Source of the DNA: Octopus bimaculoides
Taxonomy: Eukaryota
NCBI RefSeq assembly: GCF_001194135.2
Contig: NC_068983.1
Coordinates: forward strand, 155,321,852 to 155,385,851
DNA: 64,000 nucleotides
Reading direction: 5' to 3'
Of this stretch, positions 25,641 through 39,324 are shown one piece after another (the first letter of the stretch is position 1; each line of letters starts with the position of its first letter). A program made the translations under genes and the position numbers. Below the pieces are notes generated by a model. The model had not been told where the DNA came from, ran no database searches, and was given only the letters and a program-made list of their open reading frames with translations.

Positions 25641-25809
25641 GTACAGAACCTCCTGAAAAAAATGGCAACCGCTTATTTTTTTATGACGCAGTGGAATTTG
25701 AACTCAAAACGCACAGAGACGGAACAGATAAGACAATACTTCCGGTCCACTGCTCTAACAATTCCATCTGTTCACTGCCCTGGGTTAGACCCCCACCCTC
25801 CGTTTCTTT

Positions 25810-26211
25810 TTATAGGTCTCGAAAGAGTGACTGACAAAATTGACAGCGACAGAATCTGAAATCAGAGCTTCGAGTCGGAATAAATATAGAGATGCCTTCA
25901 AGTAAGAACTCTTTAACTCTGCCAATTTGTCTCCTATTGCTGATAGCAACTTTATTCCTGTACAACGGACAAAATAAATACCAGTAATATGCTGATGTAA
26001 ACACAACCGTCCATATGACTACATGATTTATCAATGCTCTTTCTTTCGTCACATATCCTGTGAAGTTACATTTTATAGTGGTTGTGGCGATGCTTCTCAC
26101 TAAGATTACGGCAATCGTGATCAAGAAAAATGATATTGTTGAATTTCTGTTATTTTCAATATTTATGTAATTAATATTGTTTTGTTGCCACATATATAAT
26201 ACTAATTGCAA
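25810..26211 (-). pseudogene. Possible rhodopsin-class GPCR fragment (TM3-TM5-like)
   Basis: ISFFLITIAVILVRSIA-TTTIKCNFTGYV-TKERALINHVVIW has the spacing of '(D/E)RY.A...T..RA....iW'. The DRY motif itself is not conserved, and AT-rich DNA favours hydrophobic residues. Confidence 0.25.
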
Positions 26212-26326
26212 TACTCGAGTTTAACAATAATTCACATAAAATAACAATCATATGAATTCACTATATTTTGGATAACTGACTATTCATTCAGACTGACATT
26301 TTTCAGTAAATCTTAGAATATTTTAT

Positions 26327-26483
26327 TTTCTACTCTAGGCACAAGGCCCCAAATTTTTGGGGAGGAGGCCAGTCGATTAGATCGACTCCAGTACGCAACT
26401 GGTACTTAATTTATCGACCCCGAAAGGATGAAAGGTAAAGTCGACTTCGGCGGAATTTGAAATCAGAACGCAGACAGACGAAA
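26327..26483 (-). mobile_element. SINE family B, 3' part
   Basis: tctactctaggcacaaggcc...cgaccccgaaaggatgaaagg. Confidence 0.85.
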
Positions 26484-26844
26484 GTAAATCTGAGAATTTT
26501 GATTCACCCAAGTATAACCATTTTTTTTTTACCTTTGTACAGTGTAAGAGGGTGTGTGTGCCATTATAGCCTACAAAGCCTCTCCTTGAAAATATTTGTC
26601 TCTTGTGCAAAATTTCATCCATCAAGATAAAAAAAGAAAAGAAAAATATTGCTTACCATTTGGAGCATGGAAGACCTGTAGCTAAATGGTTAATGTTGCA
26701 CTCGCATCGCATGTTCATGATCACGACTCCCCAACCGGGAAGTGCGCTACGTTCTTAAGTAAAACATTTCATTTCACATTGCTACAGTCCTTTCGACCAT
26801 AAATGAGATACCATGCGACAGACTAGTGTCCTGCTCAAGAGGAA

Positions 26845-27231
26845 TGTTGTTGTTAGCACTCCGTCGCTTACGACGTCGAGGGTTCCAGTTGATCCGATCA
26901 ACGGAACAGCCTGCTCGTGAAATTAACGTGTAAGTGGCTGAGCACTCCGCGGACACGTGTACCCTTAACGTAGTTCTCGCGGAGATTCAGCGTGACACAG
27001 TGTGACAAGGTTGACCCTTTGAATTACAGGTACAACAGAAACAGGAAATAAGAGTGAGAGAAAGTTGTGGTGAAAGAGTACAGCAGGGTTCGTCACCATC
27101 CCCTGCCGGAGCCTCGTGGAGCTTTAGATGTTTTCGCTCAATAAACACTCACAACGCCCGGTCTGGGAATCGAAACCGCGATCCTATGACCACGAGTCCG
27201 CTGCCCTAACCACTGGGCCATTGCGCCTCCA
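26845..27231 (-). mobile_element. tRNA-derived SINE family C (full length)
   Basis: Reverse complement of the 25223 and 61954 copies. Confidence 0.9.
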
Positions 27232-27313
27232 CTATCTCGGGCACCTATAAGCTATGGAAACCGAGTAACTGGCCTATGAGTGCTAAGACTTAAGACAGTA
27301 ATTACTTACTTGT

Positions 27314-27410
<97 letters not shown>

Positions 27411-28344
27411 ACCATTTTATATATTGAAATAGTGACTCGAAAATTTTCATTTATCTGATGTTATCCATGCAATTAGTAGACAGGAACTCCCCCTAGTGAT
27501 GCTTAAAACCTAAAACAAATAACTTGGAACGATAGCCCCAATGTTATTAGCCAATCGAAATCTTTGGAAAATGACGGAGATGAGAGACCTTGTAGACTAT
27601 AAGTATTTTGGATGCAAAATATTACCTTGTGGTATTTCCCTTCAGACTTATGGTAAGTTGTAGTTTGTGAGGATTGATAATGTAGATGTTAGCGTTGTTT
27701 TTTTAGCTCCGGGCCAGCCCTTAATCGAGAAATCCTATGATGAACGCATTCCAGTATTGGCCATTTCGATTGTTTTTTTTTTTTTCGTAGGAATGCATGA
27801 AATAATGTGTTTTTTCTACAACGATAATGTATAATTTGAGTAATATCTTGGCAGTTATTTCGAGCGATCGTGAAGAGAATCCTTCGTTGGCTTGTAGTTG
27901 ATAAGAGTGAATGAGACAATGGTGAAAGAGCTGTGGTGGTTTAATGTATGCGTGTGTGTGTAGAAATAAATTGATGTAATTAGAAAGATTTATTGTTTTC
28001 TGTTATCCCTAAATGCTGAACCCATGATAAAATTACATGTATTCGAAAGGGGGAAACACCCCTAATCAATTAAATTAATAACACTTGGTTCTAACGTAAT
28101 CGTGTAGCAAAGGGCCTTTTAGGTGTGTAAAAATAGTAGGGTGTGACATCGTAAATTTCCCATTCGAAATGAACTGTCAAATAGGAAAGAAAAAAAGATA
28201 GAAATCCAGATGAAAAAACAAAAAAAAAAAACTTAAAATTGATTTAGTACTGACCTTTGAGAGTTAAAGTTGAAGTGTTACAGAAGGAACCTATATGTGG
28301 TTGCTGGATGTATAAAAAAAAATAGCCAAATTATTCATGAACTG

Positions 28345-28562
28345 AATATTGGCTTCAAATTTTGGTACAAGGCCAGCAATTTCGAAGGAGGGGTAAGACG
28401 TTTACATCGACGCTCAGTGCTCAACTGGTACTTATTTTATCGACCCTGAAAGGATGAAAGGCAAAATCAACCTCGGGTGAATTTGAACTTGGAGCGTAAA
28501 GATCAACGAAATGCAGCAAAGCATTTTGCCCGACCTGCTTACGATTCTGGTAGATCACCGTC
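28345..28562 (-). mobile_element. SINE family B
   Basis: Reverse complement of the family B body. Confidence 0.8.
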
Positions 28563-28834
28563 TTATGCATGAAGTAAATATTATTTTGTTAAATGGTTCG
28601 AGATAGGGATAATGTAATTATGGATATACGACTTCTGAAAAAATATTTTAAATATGATGGTCATGGCAGAACAAAGTCTACTCAGTATTGGAGTGATTTC
28701 TGTCTAAACAACAACGGCGAGAGCTTCACTCGTTATAAGTAAGTCACATACGCTTCAAATCACACTCTAGCGTCTTTACCCTCTCTGACCTGAGCCCCTG
28801 TGTCAAACTTTACCCTCCATCTGGACCTCTGCGC

Positions 28835-28873
<39 letters not shown>

Positions 28874-30312
28874 CCTTTCTGCTAAAGGCACAAGGCTCTG
28901 GATCTGGTCGTGGTTCCTCAGGGAAACCGGCTAAAAGCTTCTCAGTGGCAGGGACGTTTGGCCTTCCCACATAGTGTGGGAAATTCCTCTGAATATCTTT
29001 GTAAACTCTGAGGGGTAGCCGAATTAGCATTAAGTGATCCGGAAACCTAAGGGTGCTGGTGTTGTAAATTGTACCCTCTCTCTCAATCTTCTTGTTTCGG
29101 GCTATGAGAGCCATCAAAGTTTCGTTGGCTCTCCTTACTAACACGTAATTGGGTGTTTCTGTATTGGTTGCAGTAAACTTTCTTTTGGTGTAAGCTTTCT
29201 TTCCTGACAATCTTATGGTATTCTTTCTGGAAACATTCGGGATTTTTTAAATAGTTAAAATTTTGAGTATGAAAAAATTATGTCGACAGTGATATAATGG
29301 TGTAAAAAATAATTTACATCGTTATATTTAACTTTAAAACTCTCAGGATTGAACCAGCCAAGCTTCATCCAGTCAGAGTTTTATAGTATTTTGATAGATG
29401 TTTATGGATGTGTGCGTGCGTGTGAATGTGTCTATTAAATTTCGCTCACAAGGTATTGGTTATCTCGAGGTTACAGAGCAATTCTGACTTAAGTAAAAAT
29501 ACACGCATGCACACGCATATATGCATGTGCTTAAACCCTCGAGAAGAATTCTTTATTAGCTGCCCACATGCATATAAATTCACACAAGTCCATTACAAAT
29601 TCTGCCTACACTAGGACAATACTTGCCTTGAAGTTAACTCTTACTCTAGCGTGCACTCAGCACTCTCCGATCAACATAATCTAGACACTAGTTGGAATAC
29701 ATTTTCACTTCCAGTCCTGCTCAGAGATACGCATGAATTTCTGTTCTACTAACATCCTCTATGAAGCCAAAATACATTCGCTATCGCACAAACCACCAAT
29801 TTCCTCACAGATCCATCCACACATATACGTTTACGTATAAAACCATTACGAGCAAGACGTTTCTCAAATAAATTTACGTAACTTTATAATAAACAGTATG
29901 CTACATCTGAAATTAAGATTTAGCACTACCGGCTCTCATAGATAACTTTTATACGCATAATACATCGTCGACTTAAGGGACATAACTTGGCTAACAAAAA
30001 TGTGTATTACAACTTCTTGCCCATTTCACTCATTTCCTAATATATATATATATATATATATATATTGTTCTTTTACATCTTTCACAAGTGACCATACTTA
30101 TGCCTAACGGTGTATAGATTCTTTTGTATTCTATACGAAGTGCTAATAACTGCCTTCCATAAAGCTTAAGCAGCACGTTTGTATATCTTCAGAACAGTAT
30201 AAAGATCACCTGCAAGTCTACAAGAATTGATCTGTGTCTGCTTGTTAAATGTTCAGTCGATAACAAAGGCATACATGGATACATACAAATATACTTCGAT
30301 ACATACATATAT

Positions 30313-30805
30313 AGCTGTGTGGTAAGAAACTTGCTTCCCAACCGCATGGTATGGGTTCGGTCCACTAAACTTGCACCTTGGGTAAGTAAAATATTCTACG
30401 GCCCCTGACCGACAAAAGCCTTGTGGATGGATTTTGTAGATAAACTGAATGAAGCTGGTTGTGTGTGTGTGTGTGTGTGTGTACATACATGTATATATAC
30501 ACCTCTCGGTTTGTTTATGTTCTCGAAACTTAGCGGTTCGGTAAAAGTTACCGATAGAACAAGTACCAGATTTTTAAATGAGCACAGGAATCGATGTGTT
30601 CGACTAAATCCTTTAAGGTAGTTAGTGCCCAAGCATAGCCACAGTCCGTTGGCTGAGACAAATAAAAGATGGAAGGAGAATATATTGCCCACTGGGGGTT
30701 AAACACAGAGAGGGCAAACAAGGACAGACAAAGGGTTTAAGTCGATTACATCGACCCCAGTGCGTAACTGGTACTTATTTAATCGACCCCGAAAGGATGA
30801 AAGGC
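30313..30805. mobile_element. Diverged SINE A (+, 30313-30670) abutting a SINE B variant fragment (-, 30683-30805)
   Basis: gctgtgtggtaagaaacttgcttcccaacc...; then cagtgcgtaactggtacttatttaatcgaccccgaaaggatgaaagg. Confidence 0.75.
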
Positions 30806-31295
30806 TGAGTCTTCTTTTTCTACGCAGCTATATATATATAACAAGATGTATGTGTGTATGTGTGTGCTGTAAACCCATTATGGTCAATTGGTTAAGAAGC
30901 TCTTTCCTTAACCGTGAGGTTTTGGGTTCGATCTCACAACATGGCATCTCCCACGAATTTCACATTCTATACCTCAGGTTGACCTATACCTCGTGAATAA
31001 AATTGGGTGGACTGAAACTGTAAAGAAGCCCTTCGGATGATTTTTACTTGAACTTTAAAATATATAGTTTTGCCACATACTGTATCGTGCATATTCTACT
31101 TTATTATGTTAAGTATACACGTTTCTGTGGTGCGAGTAATCCAGTCTATCGAACAATTGCATCTTCTTCGTCTAACGACGAAGATCCTCCCAACCATAAT
31201 ATATAACGAAGTGATTGACTGAACCTCTAGTTTTAGAGAAGTAGGCGACATTTTGAACTGAAAAAAATTATAATTTTAAATTTATACCAGAGACA

Positions 31296-32328
31296 AGGGC
31301 GGTGAACTAGCAAGATCGTTAGAACTCCGGGGAAAATTGGTTAAGAAATTGGTTTAGCGTCATTTCGTTTGTCTTTACGTTCTGAGTTCAAATTCCACCG
31401 AGGTCGTTTTTGCATTTCATCCTTGCGGGTTCGAACTAGGGTCGATCTAATGGACTTACCCCACCCCCTACCCGAACTTACTGACCTTGTGCCAATATTT
31501 GAAACCAATTTATACTAGTCACAGTCTTGTTACTTCTCCTATTATTATTGTTGTCATAATTAAGGCGGCGAGCTGGCAGAATCGTTAGCATGTTGGACGA
31601 AATGCTTAGCGGAACTTCGCCCGTCGCTACGTTCTGAGTTCAAATTTCGCCGAGGTCGACTTTGCCTTTCATCCTTTCGGGATCGATAAATTAAGTACCA
31701 GTTGCTTAATCCCCCAAATTTCAGGCCATGTGCCTTTGATAGAAAGGATCATTACTGCTGCTATTACTGTTCAACCCCAGGTCAGTTCTGATCCAGGAGA
31801 CTTACGATTAAAAGTGCTCCAGCCTTTAATATTATTCGTTTTTCAAACCTATCATAATTAGATTAAACAGCTCCCGTTTTAACCCCCGTCATGCCGTATT
31901 CCCCCTATAGCAAGGATAGGTTAAATGCCATCTCAGCCGGATTCCAGGTAAAGCGGTAAAGAACAACACATGTAGAAAAAGAAGACGCAGCCAATTCTAT
32001 TCATTAGTTTGCCTGCAACCGTTATTCTCGAGTTGTATATGCAACTATTTATTATAATAATAATAATGATAATAATAATAATAAGCAGAAGAAGAAGAAG
32101 AAGAAGAAGAAGGTGGTGAGCTGGCAGAGTCGTTAGCACGCTGGGCGAAATGCTTAGCGGTAATTCGCCCGTCTCTACGTTCTGGGTTCAAATTCCGCCG
32201 AGGTCGGCTTTGCCTTTCATCTTTTCGGTGTCGCTAAATTAAGTACTAGTGAAATACTGGAGTCGATATAATCAACTAGTCCCTCCCAAAAAATTACAGA
32301 CCTTGTGCCTTTAATAGAGAGGATTATT
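31296..32328 (+). mobile_element. Cluster of three SINE family B copies (31296-31508, 31563-31750, 32111-32328)
   Basis: Each begins ggcg(g/t)gagctggcaga...gttagc and contains acgttctg(a/g)gttcaaatt...gaggtcg. Confidence 0.88.
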
Positions 32329-32384
32329 ATTATTGTTGTTGTTGTTGTTGTTGTTGGTATTATTATTATTATTATTATTATTAT

Positions 32385-32820
32385 TAAGTGAGAGAGCAGT
32401 GCATGCCATTAAAGTGATACTGGGGTAAAATATACGAAGCCCATTATACCCATCATGACTACATGCATCACAGCCATGTGTGCGGGACATGGAAATCTCA
32501 GATCAAGATAAACAGCGCATGACCTCGCAGGTGGGGCCCAGATAGAATCTTAGGGCCGAGTAGCCCATCCCACTCAAAAGGTCCCTGAATAAAGTTTGTT
32601 TAAGGATGCTGAGCAAAACACTCATGTTTCCAAAGGTGAATTATTCAGACCCCAAAGGATTCCTCTCAGCACATGGCTATGGTGCTCCCCTACTACTTCT
32701 GCTTGTGATCAGAGATGCACATATCGTCAGCCACCAAGGGACATGCTCAACTGGTTAAGGTCAAACAACTGACAAGCAAATCTGTGGTATTAAGCAGAAT
32801 ATTTGCTGTAGCCCATCTTT
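32385..32820 (-). mobile_element. Unclassified retroposon-like repeat ending in (TAA)n
   Basis: GC-richer 430-bp block whose minus-strand 3' end (...gcactgctctctcactt) runs directly into a TAA tract. No coding motif recognised. Confidence 0.45.
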
Positions 32821-32914
32821 AGCAGAATATAGAAATATATATATATATATATATATATATATNNNNNNNNNNNNNNNNNNNNNNNNNNNNNNNNNNNNNN
32901 NNNNNNNNNNNNNN

Positions 32915-32973
<59 letters not shown>

Positions 32974-33002
32974 AAGAAAGAGAGAGAGAGAGAGAGAGAC
33001 AG

Positions 33003-33045
<43 letters not shown>
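32915..33045. repeat. (AG)n microsatellite
   Basis: Direct inspection. Confidence 0.95.
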
Positions 33046-33049
<4 letters not shown>

Positions 33050-33542
33050 TTAAATGCGTAAATTGGTATTTGATAGATTAAGAGTGCAAGTAGGTTAGAG
33101 TGAGTAGCAAACAGTACAAAACTAAAAATCTATGAAGGGTTAGGGAGATAGTAGTGTCCTTGACATAGGCACTCTCTTACACAGGAACATACGGCAGAGG
33201 TGAGATAAAATGAGAAAAATGTAAAGCTAACCTGATTACGTGATTTTATTCATGTCTTTCTCTCTTTCCCTCTTTCTCTGACGCATATATGAACTTATAT
33301 ACCAGTAAATCCCCGTTCCGCTAAACTACTTTCTCCTTTCCCTTTTTCATCGTATTTGCAGGGCTTGTTTTCCTTCTCTAAAAGGCGCCATTCCTCACGT
33401 TTCCTACCGTCTGATGGTCTTTTAGGTCTTACTCTTTCAGAATTCCCTTCTTTCTTTTCTATGCATACATACGTACATTAAATATATATATATATATAGA
33501 GAGAGAGAGGGAGAGAGAGAGAGAATGCATACATAAGATATA

Positions 33543-33586
<44 letters not shown>

Positions 33587-34208
33587 TTACATTCATATAG
33601 GTACAATAAATACCTGCACATACAGACTTATATATATATGTACACACATATATACACACACATGTACACATATATACACACATTTATACACACAAGCACA
33701 CATATATATACACACACATATATGCCTGCACACACACACACACACACGCATACGTATAATTTTTATACACATACGTTTATCTGTATATTTCCTCTCCACA
33801 TCTATACCTTCAGACAAACACCTCTCCTCGTAAAACCTGTCTGCTAGTGTCTCTGCATGGGCTCATATATTTTGCCAGACATGTATCTGTCGACATCCTG
33901 TAATCAAGGAGAATAATTAACATTTTTTGTATGAATATTTTCTAGAACACTTCACTATATTACATGCGCAGACACACACATACACACACTCACGCGCATA
34001 CGAGTAATAAACGAAAACGAATTATAATAAAAATATCAACGAAAGTAAAAAGAAAAAACAATTGTTAAACATATGCAAAAATGTAGGAAATATTTATTGC
34101 TGTTTCAGTCGTTATTGTCGTTTTTTTATTAGGTGAAGGTTACACAAACAAAAGACATATCATGTGACAATGCTGTGTGGTCGTGAGATTATTGCTGTTA
34201 TCATTATT

Positions 34209-34370
34209 AGGCGGTGAGCTGGCAGAAACGTTAGCACGTCGGGCGAAATGCTAGCGGCATTTCGTCCGTCTTCAGTTCAAATTCCGCCGAGGTCGACTTT
34301 GCTTATCATCTTTTCGGGGTCGATAAAATAAGTACCAGTTGATTACTGGACTCGATGTAATCGATTTAAC
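34209..34370 (+). mobile_element. SINE family B
   Basis: ggcggtgagctggcagaaacgttagcacg...gtcgataaaataagtaccag. Confidence 0.88.
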
Positions 34371-35388
34371 TCCTGTCATATCCTTATAGATAAAAAATAC
34401 ATTGCAACAGTGTAATAGCAATATAATTGAAACAAACGGTAGCAACTACATGGAGCGTAAGAACAATATTTTAAGAACCAACAATCCAACACGCTAACTC
34501 GAAATGTAAATTTAAACTCCAGCTTTGAACTATCAACAAACGAACCTCACTTACTCAGACTTATATGTAGTGGTCCAGTCCATTCNNNNNNNNNNNNNNN
34601 NNNNNNNNNNNNNNNNNNNNNNNNNNNNNNNNNNNNNNNNNNNNNNNNNNNNNNNNNNNNNNNNNNNNNNNNNNNNNNNNNNNNNNNNNNNNNNNNNNNN
34701 NNNNNNNNNNNNNNNNNNNNNNNNNNNNNNNNNNNNNNNNNNNNNNNNNNNNNNNNNNNNNNNNNNNNNNNNNNNNNNNNNNNNNNNNNNNNNNNNNNNN
34801 NNNNNNNNNNNNNNNNNNNNNNNNNNNNNNNNNNNNNNNNNNNNNNNNNNNNNNNNNNNNNNNNNNNNNNNNNNNNNNNNNNNNNNNNNNNNNNNNNNNN
34901 NNNNNNNNNNNNNNNNNNNNNNNNNNNNNNNNNNNNNNNNNNNNNNNNNNNNNNNNNNNNNNNNNNNNNNNNNNNNNNNNNNNNNNNNNNNNNNNNNNNN
35001 NNNNNNNNNNNNNNNNNNNNNNNNNNNNNNNNNNNNNNNNNNNNNNNNNNNNNNNNNNNNNNNNNNNNNNNNNNNNNNNNNNNNNNNNNNNNNNNNNNNN
35101 NNNNNNNNNNNNNNNNNNNNNNNNNNNNNNNNNNNNNNNNNNNNNNNNNNNNNNNNNNNNNNNNNNNNNNNNNNNNNNNNNNNNNNNNNNNNNNNNNNNN
35201 NNNNNNNNNNNNNNNNNNNNNNNNNNNNNNNNNNNNNNNNNNNNNNNNNNNNNNNNNNNNNNNNNNNNNNNNNNNNNNNNNNNNNNNNNNNNNNNNNNNN
35301 NNNNNNNNNNNNNNNNNNNNNNNNNNNNNNNNNNNNNNNNNNNNNNNNNNNNNNNNNNNNNNNNNNNNNNNNNNNNNNNNNNNNNNNN

Positions 35389-38300
35389 TTACTTCTAGTA
35401 CCGGCGCATTGAATAATTCACAAAATACTTCCACGGGCAGTTCTTCGTGATCTTTGGTATGCCTCTTACTTAGCTGGTTTATATGTCTCTTATGTTCACC
35501 GTTACATCGTACTTCCAATTTTTCTAGTAACAAGGCCATCTTTCCAGCCTTCTTAACCATTTCTATAGGTTTTGAAATGCACTTTATCACCTGACTCAAC
35601 GTATTTCGTTGGCTCTTTCGTATTTCCTATACGTCTTGTTTTTCTCTGGTAATGGCTCATCAAAAATGGATTTTATTCTCATTGCGTTAATCCTGTGGGA
35701 GAGTCTCTGAATTTGTACTTGGATTGGAGGTTGGGGGTGTCACTCTGTATATTCTTTAGAAATTTGTCAGTGCTTCGTCAATTCATTATTCGTTTTTCTT
35801 AAGGCTCTCTTAAAAGTGTCCATAAATCTTTCTACCTAGCCCTTTGACTTCGGGTGGTAGGGTGGAGTGAAAATTTACTTTATCGCATGCCTTTTACAGA
35901 CGTTCTTGAATTCATATGCAAAGAATTGCGTTCCGTTGTCTTAAACTAGCGTGTCAGGAACACAGTATTGCGCAAACAATTCGTATAAGAACTTTATAGT
36001 TGTCTCACCTGCAAACATCCGGCCACTTACTACAGCTATCTGCTACGATTAGGTAGTAAGTGCCATTTACCGGCCCAGCATAGTCAATGTGTAACCTAGA
36101 CCATGGGTTCTCCGCCTCTGTCCACGATTGATATTTTATCGGTGGGGCTTTGGCTGCGATCGCGCAAAATCGGCACATTCTCACTAAGCTACCGGCATCT
36201 TGTTCCATAGACTGCCAATAGACATAACTCTTCATCAAACTTTTCATCCTTGCCATTCCTGGGTGTCTGTTATGAAATTGCTGCAATATACCTTTTTTTA
36301 ATGTGGTTGGAACCACCATTCTTTGGGCATACTTCAGAATTTCATCGCAAATTGAAAAACTACTGGCATCTGAATTTTTACTCTTTATTTTTTAAAGTTT
36401 CTTTTATTTTCGTAATATATTTACCACTTACAGCTTTCATTCTTATATCCTGTGCTGTCACTGGTAGTTCTTGGATAACTTTCATCATAACACTATTAAT
36501 TTCACTTTCTGCCTACAGTGCAGCTATAAGTCTCTGCTAGTGGTTCCATCTTTTTTGGAATTAATCTCGAAAGGCAGGCCACATGACCGATTTTTCGAAG
36601 GAATGTATTGCATTTTGAAATCATAATTTAGTAATATTACACCCCACTGTAGCAGGTGGTTCGCAGTATGAGTCGGTAACCTTTTTATAGACCCATAAAT
36701 TGACGCAAAGGTCTGTTTGCAATAAAAGGGCCTCCTTTTCAATTTGACTATATCTCTTCTCTGCCGCTATTAGCGAGCGCGAGACATGGACCACTGGTTT
36801 TGTACTTCCGTCTTCGTATTTATGAAGTAGAATTGCACCTAATCCGTGCTCGGAAACATCAGACGCTATAATGATGTCCATTTCGGGATCCTAATGTGCT
36901 TACGACAGGTCTGAGATTACAATTTTCTTTTATTTCTTCAAAAGTATTTGGCATTTAGTGGAACACTTTACTACTTCTTTTAATAAGTCATTCAATGGAG
37001 CTCTTAACTTGTACATATTCGAAATGTAGTTTTGGCAGTAGTTTACCAACCCGAGAAATGCTTGTAAAGTTGGAATATTTGTGGTGCAGGCATATTCCTT
37101 ATTGCATCTGCCCTTGACGGATCAGGACGTCTACCTCTTTTATTTGCCCTAAGTATTTAATTTGAAGTAGAAAGAAGTCGCATTTTGCTTCACCCAAAGT
37201 GAACCCGAAAACTTTAATTTTCTTAAACACTGCTTTTATGTGTTCCACATGCTGTTCGCGAGAATTGCTCTTGCTCAAAATATCGTTCAAGTACGGAATT
37301 GCAAATTCACATTCGGACAACTTAGTATTCATGATTCACGGGAATATTGCTGGTGCCACTTTTAATCCAAAAGTTAATCGTGTGTATCTGGACAATCCTC
37401 TACGTGTATTTATAGTAAAATATTTTGAGCATTGTTCATTTACCTTTATCTGTAAATAGGCTCCAGACAGATCTAATTTGGAAAAAAACTTTCCATCATT
37501 TAACTGAAAAAATGTCTCTGTTTCTACTTACTTGGAAATAGGCTTCCGTCTCTCTACATAGACCTAGATCCTCTGATAACACTTGCTGGAATATTTTTTT
37601 CTTCAGTTCTTCCGAAGACTTGTTTTTAACGGTACAATCATTTATGTTATTGCAGTAAAGATTTATGGGGTGGTGCCATAAATCGAATAGTTCTAATCAA
37701 TCTGCGCCTAACAGATTGATTATATTATGCATAACGAATAATTTTGCTTCGCGTGTCTCTCCTCGAAATGTGACGTCGATACATGTTTTTCCCATGAAAT
37801 GTAATTTATCGCCTGTTACACCACGCGCTATTTTCGCTGTTTTACGTAATCTTGTTTTTTACCAAATTTTCCCCAGGTATCCGCATTTATAATCGAGATG
37901 TCACTACCTGTGTCTAACTGTAATTTGGTATTCACATAATTTATTTTTACGTGCACGAATTTTCTTGTTCTTCTGTCGCAATCACTCTCCGCTGAAAACA
38001 CCTTAAAACTTTGGAACCTTGAGAACGCCTGTGTCCCAGTTTATTTTGTTTTTAAACGGACAATCCTTTTTGTAGTGTAGACGTCCATAGTCATAACACC
38101 GATTGGAGCCTGACACTTTTTCTGATTGTGCTTCCCGGGACGACACATTTGAATTTTTGCAGAGTCTTTCTCTTGTATTTTTTTCAAATCATATTTAAGA
38201 TTTAACATAGTATGACATTCTTCTGCGATGGTCTGTAAAGATAAATCCTGGTTCACTTGCTCCATTTTCGAGAGAATCTTTGCCTGAATTTCTCTATCTT

Positions 38301-38916
38301 CAGGTGCTATAAGTTCTTGCACGAAAACAAGTGATTTGAACATATCCTGAGATCCTGGAGTTTGAAATTTTCGCACATACGGTTGATTACTCCGGTGTAG
38401 GTGATACAATCCTCCTCCTCATTTTTTGTTAAGTCCCAACACTCCATTTTGATGTTGAATAATGAAATTCTATCGCCAAAACTTTTTGAAAGAGGTTCCA
38501 CGGTTTCTTGGAAATCAAGCTCACTCGACTTTTTGGGGAGAATAAAGTTACAGTAACGTTCATGATCGGCAGGAGCTACCTTGCGTAGCAAAAACCTTAC
38601 TTTCTACTCCTCTGACTATGACTTGCACTCATTGTTAAAAATTACCTCGTATCTTCTATAATACACAAGAAACGTAATACTCTCCTCCGGGTTATACGTA
38701 AATTCATAAATTGCGTTAGCCACGCCGTCTGACGTAAACGAGCTTTCTGGATTTTCGGCCTTCATCTCGAAGCCCCACCTCCGCCGTTCCAAACTTTCTT
38801 CCTCTGGCAAGGTGAGAAATTCCCTGCCAGATGGGTTTTAACGCCTTTTCAATTTGAATTGTAGTCATTAATTCGATATTCTTGGTTTTGACAGAGTAAG
38901 TTCTATAGATTATCAT
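35389..38916 (-). mobile_element. Decayed Ty3/gypsy LTR retrotransposon internal region (gag-PR-RT-RH-IN; Mag/K02A2.6-like)
   Basis: Domains in order on the minus strand: gag-like FTYNPEESITF..YYRRYE (38.3-38.9 kb); protease QLDTGSDISII (~37900); RT 'IPYLNDIL' (~37290); RNase H 'IASDVSEHGLGAILLH...SRSLIAAEKRYSQIEKEAL' (36621-36881); integrase HHCC and 'PWSRLHIDYAGP' (36005-36319). Many stops and frameshifts. Confidence 0.95.
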
Positions 38917-39324
38917 TTTTTCTTTGGCCTTCTGTAATTCTTCTTGGGGAGGGGGTCACCTTTACGCTGTGCCCCTCCCTACGAAGCATATTTTTGTATT
39001 TACCNNNNNNNNNNNNNNNNNNNNNNNNNNNNNNNNNNNNNNNNNNNNNNNNNNNNNNNNNNNNNNNNNNNNNNNNNNNNNNNNNNNNNNNNNNNNNNNN
39101 NNNNNNNNNNNNNNNNNNNNNNNNNNNNNNNNNNNNNNNNNNACTGTGCTACCCACTTCAAACAAGGGGAAACACGTCGACAAAATTGCCGTAAGGCAGC
39201 AGAACAAAAAGTGTTGTTCAACACAAAACAAATAGAATAAACAGCAATTCAACAATACAATAATTAATTTAACAGAGTGACTTACTACAAATACGCCTTT
39301 TAACAGAAAGTGGGACTAGCACGA

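Noticed and set aside
27541-27658. ATG-initiated 37-codon frame ending at a perfect ATG|GTAAGT donor, or a 7-nt/57-nt microexon
   Set aside because: No recognisable protein and no partner exon. Several GGTAAGT sites are expected by chance in this window.
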